DNA of 64,000 bases from a virus: IMG/VR virus record IMGVR_UViG_3300034683_000192, positions 96,001-160,000 of that record; one strand, given 5' to 3'. The notes beneath the pieces are model-generated. The model saw only the letters and a program-made list of their open reading frames with translations, had not been told where the DNA came from and ran no database searches. The position numbers were made by a program, and so were the translations under genes. This document shows positions 56,967 to 64,000 of the stretch, piece by piece. Each line of letters opens with the position of its first letter. Within the stretch, counting starts at the first letter, position 1.

Positions 56967-57069
56967 CGGAGTCTCCTTGATGCAGTTGGTTGGTTTACGT
57001 TCCTGGCCAGAACTTATTAGTAGTTTTACCTAGATCGTACCAATTACAATCTAAGCAGGGTTCACAATA

Positions 57070-57077
57070 GTGATATA
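57070..57077 (-). promoter_or_regulatory. TATATCAC promoter variant driving chimallin
   Basis: ATATATCACTATTGTGAA, near-identical to the 21958 site. Confidence 0.6.
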
Positions 57078-57177
57078 TATGCACATTTCCCTTGGGGATT
57101 TGAGCACATGATATGCAACCCGTGTACGAAATGACATGGTCGCTTGACCCGCCTCATTATGTAGGAGGAAGGTATAC

Positions 57178-58341
57178 ATGCTACAAGACCTCGCGCACCA
57201 CTTCCGTGTGGCATCACCTAAGGTCCTGCCCAAATGGGAGCAGTACGTGGATTTTTTGAAACTTCAGAAGCGCATACTCAAAACACGCTTCTTGAATCTT
57301 GACGGATTTGAGTCGAGAGGATTCTTCATACTGAAGCAGATCCTTAAGACTCTCGATCCAGATATAGAGTATCTGTCATTACAGTCAAATGACTTTGCAA
57401 GATATCTCAACTATTTCAAAGAAATTCCATCGAATGCTAACGATATATTCGATCCTGCACGATCTGGTAAAGCCTATCGAAAAGCATTCTACAAGAAAGG
57501 ATTATTCGCACCGAACGAATACATTTGTCCGGTATCCGATGTTGACCACATCAAAACTCTTCCTCTCGAAGGATCGTGGGAAGAGTGGAGTAAGGTCAAA
57601 CCTATGCAAATATGGTATCACGATACTGACGAGTATACTCTCGACATATTTCAAGGACAAGTAGTTACGAAATACACACATCCGAATTTCTCGATGATCT
57701 GTCTCGATACTACTGCTCTTCTTTTCAAATACTTCAAATATCTGACGATGGATGTACCCCAAGAAGAAGGAACAAAGAACTTCCATACATTCATCTATAA
57801 ACACGTCTATCCATTTATCATGGATGATCTACTCGAAATATGGTTATTCAACAGAATAACTCATATAGCAAATCTCGTTACTGAAGGACCTTCCACTGCC
57901 AACTTAGTCCATATAGCACCATCATCCGATCGAGCATTCGGGTACGTGGGAAGCAGGTATGGAGAAGCAATGGAATCTCTTTACAGTGCGATGGAAGATG
58001 TCAAAAATGGTACAATTAACGTGAATTCAATCTTCTGTGCAAAATTGCTCCCGAGTGGATCAATAGTGGATAGAATGAATTACGCCAATGAGTATCTCGA
58101 TATTCCGAATACTGTACAATACAAACATGCGATTCTTTTGAGGGACATGCCGATCATTGATCTCATGGTAACCATGCACTCGTGGAGACCTGACGTCACC
58201 ATCTATCAATCTCTCAGAAGAGATCTCAATATTTACCTGAGAAGAATGAAAATGAATCGTATATGGCAGAGAATCTATGATTCGTCCGTACGGACGAAAG
58301 TAGAAGATTGGATTGAAAATTCGCAAAAGAAAATCGAGTAA
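57178..58341 (+). CDS. Conserved hypothetical protein divergent from chimallin
   Basis: 387-aa ORF with AGGAGG RBS; position typical of the conserved gene next to chimallin. Confidence 0.75.
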   Translation: MLQDLAHHFRVASPKVLPKWEQYVDFLKLQKRILKTRFLNLDGFESRGFFILKQILKTLDPDIEYLSLQSNDFARYLNYFKEIPSNANDIFDPARSGKAYRKAFYKKGLFAPNEYICPVSDVDHIKTLPLEGSWEEWSKVKPMQIWYHDTDEYTLDIFQGQVVTKYTHPNFSMICLDTTALLFKYFKYLTMDVPQEEGTKNFHTFIYKHVYPFIMDDLLEIWLFNRITHIANLVTEGPSTANLVHIAPSSDRAFGYVGSRYGEAMESLYSAMEDVKNGTINVNSIFCAKLLPSGSIVDRMNYANEYLDIPNTVQYKHAILLRDMPIIDLMVTMHSWRPDVTIYQSLRRDLNIYLRRMKMNRIWQRIYDSSVRTKVEDWIENSQKKIE

Positions 58342-58354
58342 TTGAAATGTGAAG

Positions 58355-58380
58355 AGAGGATGGTCTAATGACCATCCTCT
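58355..58380. terminator. Hairpin
   Basis: AGAGGATGGTC-taat-GACCATCCTCT. Confidence 0.65.
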
Positions 58381-58636
58381 TTAGTAGAAACTTTATGTTT
58401 ATCTGTATATCTACGAGATCCTTTGATGGATCTCGTTTATCATTTTCCTCTTTCTTTTATCCTCCCCACCACCCACCCTATAGAGGGTGTTTCCTTATTT
58501 AAATACTAAATACAAAATAAGGAAGTGTCTCACAGATATGCAGACTTCGTCTGCCTCCCATTTTCTCCGAAGAGAAATGTTCGCAAAATATAGATAGTCT
58601 CTGTAAAAAAATACAAAAGTTCATTCTGTAGAGAAA

Positions 58637-58663
58637 TCTAGGGGAGACACTGTCTCCCCTAGA
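58637..58663. terminator. Hairpin
   Basis: TCTAGGGGAGACA-c-TGTCTCCCCTAGA. Confidence 0.65.
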
Positions 58664-58670
58664 TGAAATG

Positions 58671-59492
58671 TTATTTCTCCGCATATTCCATGAGAATCGT
58701 GTTCAGAGTTTTCCCATTCCAGGATTCTCGGGTACATGACTTAAGCGCATTGTTGATGTACTCAGCGACTTCGGGATTGTTGAGTTCGGAAAGTTCATCA
58801 ACTATTATTGCCAGTACGAGACCCTGATCCATATCACTTACCCGAGAGAACTCCTTCCTTACGAAGTTCGGATTGACGGTATCCTTCACGTGCACGAATC
58901 CGTCATTTATGAGAAGCTCGGGAAATTGTGTCACGTCGTCGGGGTGCATACGAATCGTGCAGGTATCGATCTGCTGATCCACATTACCGGGTTCCATCCA
59001 TGTGTGTACTCGGATAGTACGAAGAGGAAACTTGGAATCCTCCGTCGGAATGATGATCAGCTTCTTGGAATTTGGATCATCTTCTTTGAGTTCCCGGATG
59101 TGACGATATGCCGAACAAAAATCCGAGAATACCAGAACGAACTCAGGATGTACCCGATTGTGATTGGTAACACCCACATTGTACGGGTATCTCGAATGAA
59201 AATCCAGAATGAAACCAACCCCGAGGATTGGTTCGAGTTCGTAGGGGCCGCACAAGAAGTCGCAACGCGTGCAACTGATTATTTCAGGATTCATTGCTCC
59301 AATCTTCATCTTTACAAATTCGATGATTTCGTCGAGAACTAATTCAACTGTACCATCTTCCATTTGACGGCGAATTGTTATACGTTCGTATTCATCATTC
59401 AGAAGTACTGAAGTGAATTGCTCGACCTGCCCACAAAGATCTGTCGTACCGCACTGCGGACACACGGAAATACGTCTACCTGCGACATCCAT
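58671..59492 (-). CDS. Hypothetical protein with Zn ribbon (CPQC...CTRC)
   Basis: Start at MDVAGRR after GGAG RBS. Confidence 0.7.
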   Translation of the reverse strand: MDVAGRRISVCPQCGTTDLCGQVEQFTSVLLNDEYERITIRRQMEDGTVELVLDEIIEFVKMKIGAMNPEIISCTRCDFLCGPYELEPILGVGFILDFHSRYPYNVGVTNHNRVHPEFVLVFSDFCSAYRHIRELKEDDPNSKKLIIIPTEDSKFPLRTIRVHTWMEPGNVDQQIDTCTIRMHPDDVTQFPELLINDGFVHVKDTVNPNFVRKEFSRVSDMDQGLVLAIIVDELSELNNPEVAEYINNALKSCTRESWNGKTLNTILMEYAEK

Positions 59493-59502
59493 GAGATTCT
59501 CC

Positions 59503-59775
59503 TTATTTTTTCTTGAGAGTTGCGGCTGCCACCAGTCGATTGTCTCGTTCGATGTACGCCATGAGAACATCGCCTTCAGCGTCGATGGTCACGACTGTGG
59601 ATGCAAACCTTGCGGTCTGTGACAAAGTAGGAAGTTCTCCATGATGGCGCATGTACATCCTGGTGGCGAGTAGGGCATCGTGCACCCATGACCGATTGGC
59701 CATGTCCGGTTCAAGTATTTCTATCGACTGTAATTCACCAAGAGAGGCGAGGCTCTCTTTCGTGCGGACGAACAT
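59503..59775 (-). CDS. Hypothetical protein
   Basis: 90-aa coupled ORF. Confidence 0.6.
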   Translation of the reverse strand: MFVRTKESLASLGELQSIEILEPDMANRSWVHDALLATRMYMRHHGELPTLSQTARFASTVVTIDAEGDVLMAYIERDNRLVAAATLKKK

Positions 59776-59778
59776 GTA

Positions 59779-60186
59779 CTACCCCCGTACTGCTTCCATG
59801 GAAGTGATTCCTTCGTATCCGACGAACTCAGGAATGTGGATGTTCGTCTTGGTCATTGCGGTGATCATGCAGACCAGATCATTCCCGCGGCCGACATAGA
59901 CCTCGAGGTAGTATTCGGTGATTTGATCGTAACGATCCTTATCACCGTCACCGAGTTCAATGACGGAGACATCCACATCCAACCATTCGAATGCATTGAA
60001 CCAGTAATTCGTGACGGTACCTCTACGCAGCTGCTCCATCGCAGCACGGAAGATGTTTATACCGATCATTCTGGTAATGGTCGGACAAAAGGACTCGATC
60101 TTCGTCGGAACTGCGAAGTTCATCAGCACCTGAAGGGCCTTCTGCTTTTCTTCCGTATCCGTCTTGCAAGTCACTTTCATTCGCAT
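59779..60186 (-). CDS. Hypothetical protein, probably early
   Basis: AGGAGG RBS, GC3-rich, TATATTAC upstream. Confidence 0.7.
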   Translation of the reverse strand: MRMKVTCKTDTEEKQKALQVLMNFAVPTKIESFCPTITRMIGINIFRAAMEQLRRGTVTNYWFNAFEWLDVDVSVIELGDGDKDRYDQITEYYLEVYVGRGNDLVCMITAMTKTNIHIPEFVGYEGITSMEAVRG

Positions 60187-60229
60187 ATGTCATTCCTCCT
60201 ACTGAATGAATAGTTTACGTTCTAATTCG

Positions 60230-60237
60230 GTAATATA
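60230..60237 (-). promoter_or_regulatory. TATATTAC promoter motif
   Basis: Exact motif, intergenic. Confidence 0.6.
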
Positions 60238-60274
60238 TACTCAATCTAGGTATGATTAATACTTACAAACAATC

Positions 60275-60306
60275 TCTAGATGGTCCCCGTGAGGAGACCA
60301 TCTAGA
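60275..60306. terminator. Hairpin ending the structural operon
   Basis: TCTAGATGGTC...GACCATCTAGA. Confidence 0.65.
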
Positions 60307-60310
60307 TACA

Positions 60311-61648
60311 CTAATCGTCGGTCGGAGAGAGCCGAAGTACGTAGGCTGTGTCAACTGTGTAAATGTACTTACTCTTTCTATCGAAGATGCGTGTAGTCGA
60401 TCTCACGGATTCAACTACACCTTCAGTCGTCTGGTACTGACTGTCTTTATCAAAGTGATAATGAACTCGTTCACCAGGAATGAAAGTAAACGGTTCGGAC
60501 ATCAGCCATCCAGAGGAAAGAATCGTACAATCGTATTCTGCCATTTGACTGGCTAGAACGTATGCGTTGTTTGTCGATGATTCGTAGAATGCACCTTGAG
60601 ATTGTGCAGACATGCTTCTGTTTGCTGCAAGTCCACATCCTAAGATGTTCTTATCTGAAAATGTTCCTTTTGCTCCGTTGGTAGTTCTACCAATATCTAG
60701 AGCCATATCTGTGCGAGTGGTTACTCGGTAAGTACCGAATATCTCTGCACCTTTAGTGGCCATATCTACAGACTGCACATCTACGTTATTCACGAGATGC
60801 ATCACGTCGCCATCTTTGTAGTGATATCCTTTCATCCCTAAGTATTTCGATGAAGGGACGTTGTAGATGTGTGTTACTTCTGGCTTGATTGATTTGTCTG
60901 GTTTTGTCTCGTATGGTGGATAGATGTAGAATACACCACCTGTATAGTAGTGCGCTACGCCCTTACTATAGATTCCGAAGTTCTCTTGAATATACTCGAA
61001 GATCGTGGTAAGATCGTGCATTGGTGGAATAAGAAATGACTTCCTTCTCTGTTTGTTGTGAGGAGGAATCATCGAAATATTCTTTATTCCCAATGCGTTG
61101 AGTACGTAGTAAATGACATCGAGTACTGTACAATCCTTAAGAAGAGCATTGATCTGTTTCTTCCTTAAATCGTACAAGTCTTTTTCGATAAGTTGAACTG
61201 ACATGGATATCATTCGTCCATGTACAGATTCTGGAGTGTAATGTTCATCAGATTCGAGCATCGCTGATTTAGTGTACTGCTTAAGCAAATCACCAGCATT
61301 AGCGATGACAACTCTGTAGGTAAAACTTATTGGAAGACTACCGTCGATGATTTCAAATGGATCCAGATTGACTCTTGTGTATTTTACGGTACACAAGAGA
61401 TCTTGATAATTCTCACACAGAAGGATTGCTTCTGGCGCCGTTATTTCTAGGACCATCTGAATTTCATCTGCGAACTTTCTGACGAAATCCTGATGAACCT
61501 CTATTGTCGGAACATACCTCAACTGTATGTTCACTGAAGGATTTGAAGAAGAATATAGAGTACAGTCCATGATAAAGTAGTTGGATTCTACTTTAGTTAG
61601 TACGCTCTCTACATTCTTCTCCATGATGCGGCTCATCGGAGTAATCAT
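60311..61648 (-). CDS. phiKZ-like virion structural protein (baseplate hub-like)
   Basis: IPP...L..IFEYIQE.FGIYS.G...YY...FYIYPPY...W..SEPF.F.PG pattern typical of phiKZ-like structural proteins. Confidence 0.6.
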   Translation of the reverse strand: MITPMSRIMEKNVESVLTKVESNYFIMDCTLYSSSNPSVNIQLRYVPTIEVHQDFVRKFADEIQMVLEITAPEAILLCENYQDLLCTVKYTRVNLDPFEIIDGSLPISFTYRVVIANAGDLLKQYTKSAMLESDEHYTPESVHGRMISMSVQLIEKDLYDLRKKQINALLKDCTVLDVIYYVLNALGIKNISMIPPHNKQRRKSFLIPPMHDLTTIFEYIQENFGIYSKGVAHYYTGGVFYIYPPYETKPDKSIKPEVTHIYNVPSSKYLGMKGYHYKDGDVMHLVNNVDVQSVDMATKGAEIFGTYRVTTRTDMALDIGRTTNGAKGTFSDKNILGCGLAANRSMSAQSQGAFYESSTNNAYVLASQMAEYDCTILSSGWLMSEPFTFIPGERVHYHFDKDSQYQTTEGVVESVRSTTRIFDRKSKYIYTVDTAYVLRLSPTDD

Positions 61649-62085
61649 GCGTTATGCGCCTGCTGAAGAAGTGTGGCAAATGGAGATTTCTCAAACCTTT
61701 TCTGGTCAGGATACATCTTCGCCAATATCTCCGCCTTTGTACACATGACTTTGTAGAGCTCGTGTGCTTTCTTGTTGAATTCGAGTATTGCTCGATCTCG
61801 TGGTTTCTCTTCGTGCATGTGTTCAAGATACCACTTGAGATTTCTCTTGATGTCGACGATATCCCCATTATAGAGAATGGTAAACGGGATCTTATTGAAA
61901 TGCAGATCGACGAGATGAACTATCGCGTAAAGTCCACGACAGGTCTCACCATCGATTGGACTGTAGACAGGACCTGCGGTATTCTCAGCAAAAAAATACG
62001 GAGAGAGTACTCCGTAGTTTGCAGGAACATCTCCTATTAGGTACCCACGATAATTGACGTGGTCGACTATGGACGCGAAATACAT
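61645..62085 (-). CDS. Conserved hypothetical protein in the structural operon
   Basis: Coupled ORF. Confidence 0.6.
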   Translation of the reverse strand: MYFASIVDHVNYRGYLIGDVPANYGVLSPYFFAENTAGPVYSPIDGETCRGLYAIVHLVDLHFNKIPFTILYNGDIVDIKRNLKWYLEHMHEEKPRDRAILEFNKKAHELYKVMCTKAEILAKMYPDQKRFEKSPFATLLQQAHNA

Positions 62086-63356
62086 CTGGATTTTCCTCGG
62101 AGTGTATTGATCGCCACATTTGCAAGTTCAATATAGATTGGGTATGTGTAAAACATCATCATGTCCGACATATGCTGAGTATCTTTGACTAGTGTCAGTA
62201 CTTCAGTCGGATTGATTGCACGATCGGTGATGTAGGTATAGAGAATCCTTTCAAGAGGAGTCATGCTGTCTTTGTTTCTCGTGTAGAATGCATTGCTCAG
62301 TACGTAGTATTCTTCGCCTTCTGGATCGAGTGCGATATACCATCGATTGATGAGTGCGGTATGGTCAACTGCCAGTGCATTCGCAGCGAGATATTTCTTT
62401 TTGAATTTGGGTACAATTAGAGAAAACGTTTCGAGTATATCCGTTTTGAACTGGTACCAAATGGAGTCATCGTAATCCTGCAGACGACGGAAGATTTGTT
62501 GAGGTCGCATCTTCACTTCTTTGTACGTAAGCAGTTTCTTCATGAATTCGCCTACGTAAGGATCATACACTCCATCAGGTCGTACAAATGCTCTCCAATC
62601 TTCATTGAAGAACTTTCGAATATAGAGTTTTATCAGAGCTGCTCTGATTTGCTCAAACGACATTACGTCGAGGTACGTCTGCTCTTTGAGAAGTGTGTAT
62701 GTGTCGTTTCCGGGGTAGGATACTTTTTCGAAGATGAATGTTTCTCTTACCCCAGAATCCAACCGACGGATGATCAGATCAGTAGCAAGATTCAGGATCT
62801 CGAAACCGATCTTGTAACAGCGATTCTGTCTGTAAGTCATTGGGGTCTTATCATTGACCTTGAACTCACCGACATTTCCATCATCGAGCTGCATCAAGAA
62901 CTGATCACCGACGTTCGGTTCAAATCCAGGATAAACGACAGCTTCACCATTCAGATCGAAACTATTGTCTTCTGGATTGAATGTCGGCTGAAGAGAATCC
63001 TGCAGTCTCATTTCAAAGTGCAGAATCTTGGTAAAGTCCTTATGTACAGGATTCCCCATGGGCTGTATGTCCGCTGGGGAAGTGCGAATATCCTGCTCTG
63101 GCTGATTCACGTGGTAATACGTGACCGTGACAGGAATACCCTCGACATACGTCATGAGATCCCGAAAGGTATTCTCGTATTGATCTATGTTGAGCGCAGT
63201 CCTTGTAGAGAAGGTATTCGATATGTGCGCAAGTGCAGCTAAGTCACCGTCGGTGGTGACATTATCGTTGTTCGGAATGATCCGGTCAGTTTCTTTAAGT
63301 TCTGTATTTTGCGACGATGTCGCCGATGAGTTGCCGGAGCGGCCGATAAGAGTCAT
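62067..63356 (-). CDS. phiKZ-like virion structural protein (neck/head-tail adaptor-like)
   Basis: YVEG.PVTVTYY...FTKI..FEMRLQ...GEAVVYPGFEPNVGD.F....DG..G.F.V pattern; start near MTLIGR. Confidence 0.6.
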   Translation of the reverse strand: MTLIGRSGNSSATSSQNTELKETDRIIPNNDNVTTDGDLAALAHISNTFSTRTALNIDQYENTFRDLMTYVEGIPVTVTYYHVNQPEQDIRTSPADIQPMGNPVHKDFTKILHFEMRLQDSLQPTFNPEDNSFDLNGEAVVYPGFEPNVGDQFLMQLDDGNVGEFKVNDKTPMTYRQNRCYKIGFEILNLATDLIIRRLDSGVRETFIFEKVSYPGNDTYTLLKEQTYLDVMSFEQIRAALIKLYIRKFFNEDWRAFVRPDGVYDPYVGEFMKKLLTYKEVKMRPQQIFRRLQDYDDSIWYQFKTDILETFSLIVPKFKKKYLAANALAVDHTALINRWYIALDPEGEEYYVLSNAFYTRNKDSMTPLERILYTYITDRAINPTEVLTLVKDTQHMSDMMMFYTYPIYIELANVAINTLRGKSRCISRP

Positions 63357-63999
63357 TGAGACCTCCGAGGACGTTGAATTTCGGATCCTTGATTGTACCA
63401 GTGGAAGTATCCACGAGTCCATTATCCAGTAGATTCTGAATCTGTTTGGACACAGTAAAGAACGGCCACTTGTCAAGGATTAGATCGTACCACTCAGGAT
63501 TGAGAAACCGAATGTCCGTGATTTCATAAAGAACGATTCGGTATTGTTTGTGGATATTGAATCCAGGAAACTTAAGAGTGAGGTCCTCTGTAAGTTCGAG
63601 TTGTTCGACTTCTATCGGAATATCGTTCGCAAAAACCTCAATACGGACGAGACAATCATCTCTGAATGATTTTTGTCCTTGCCGTTTGAGTACTTCTACG
63701 ATAGTCGGATGAAGTCTGTATCCTTCATCAGTGTCGAGTATTCCAGATAGATTCTCTGCTGTCATCTCGCCTGGAGTTTCATTGACGATACATCCAGCGA
63801 TAAGAAATTCCCGATACGACTTTTTGTAAACAATTCCTCTAGGAATCATCCAATCGTCGTAATAAGGAAGAACGATAGGAGTTGGACGAGGTCCAATGTT
63901 CTGAACTCGAAATTGTTCTTCCTGTTCTTTCTCCGGGAAAGTTCCATCGAGATTTCTGAAGGGAATATCTGTATCCCTTTTAAGGATCAGAAATTCAGG
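63295..63999 (-). CDS. phiKZ-like virion structural protein (5' part beyond the window)
   Basis: Frame is open to the right edge (PEFLILK...PYYDDWMIP...). Confidence 0.6.
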   Translation of the reverse strand, partial: PEFLILKRDTDIPFRNLDGTFPEKEQEEQFRVQNIGPRPTPIVLPYYDDWMIPRGIVYKKSYREFLIAGCIVNETPGEMTAENLSGILDTDEGYRLHPTIVEVLKRQGQKSFRDDCLVRIEVFANDIPIEVEQLELTEDLTLKFPGFNIHKQYRIVLYEITDIRFLNPEWYDLILDKWPFFTVSKQIQNLLDNGLVDTSTGTIKDPKFNVLGGLNDSYRPLRQLIGDIVAKYRT

Positions 64000-64000
64000 A

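Noticed and set aside
55308-57020. 570-aa plus-strand ORF, and similar long antisense ORFs (17920-19251, 39300-40397, 11364-12176, 13368-14114, 62496-63242)
   Set aside because: These are shadow frames opposite well-supported minus-strand genes with biased codon usage; they have no motifs or RBS.
58385-58635. Replication origin in the AT-rich gap between convergent genes
   Set aside because: It is AT-rich with homopolymer runs and flanking hairpins, but has no iterons or DnaA boxes; the evidence is too weak to call.

Overview
This window is a 64-kb segment of a phiKZ-like jumbo phage genome (probably Chimalliviridae, nucleus-forming), transcribed mostly on the minus strand. It carries the conserved core block in phiKZ order: a divergent chimallin (nuclear shell protein), the non-virion RNA polymerase beta'-N subunit with NADFDGD, several conserved genes, an Mre11/SbcD nuclease, an SSB-like protein, a gp68-like RNAP subunit, the gp69/gp70 positional counterparts, RNAP beta, RNAP beta'-C and an SF2 helicase. 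Virion structural genes lie at the right end. Accessory content includes an anaerobic ribonucleotide reductase NrdD with two inteins, four tRNAs, a tmRNA, a frameshifted HNH gene, NADAR, macrodomain and SLOG genes, and three paralogous Gly-rich proteins. About 25 strong intergenic hairpins and a recurring TATATTAC promoter motif punctuate the window. The most striking observation is a PurA-family enzyme with the PurZ signature (catalytic Asp to Ser, GSTGKG; TKLD to TFMN), i.e. a 2-aminoadenine (Z-base) synthesis gene in the same genome as a phage-nucleus gene. The second is a small membrane protein carrying an in-frame 23-codon copy of the phage's own RNAP bridge helix, 21/23 identical in amino acids and diverged mostly at synonymous sites. 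All family assignments come from motif recognition and synteny from memory; no database search was run.
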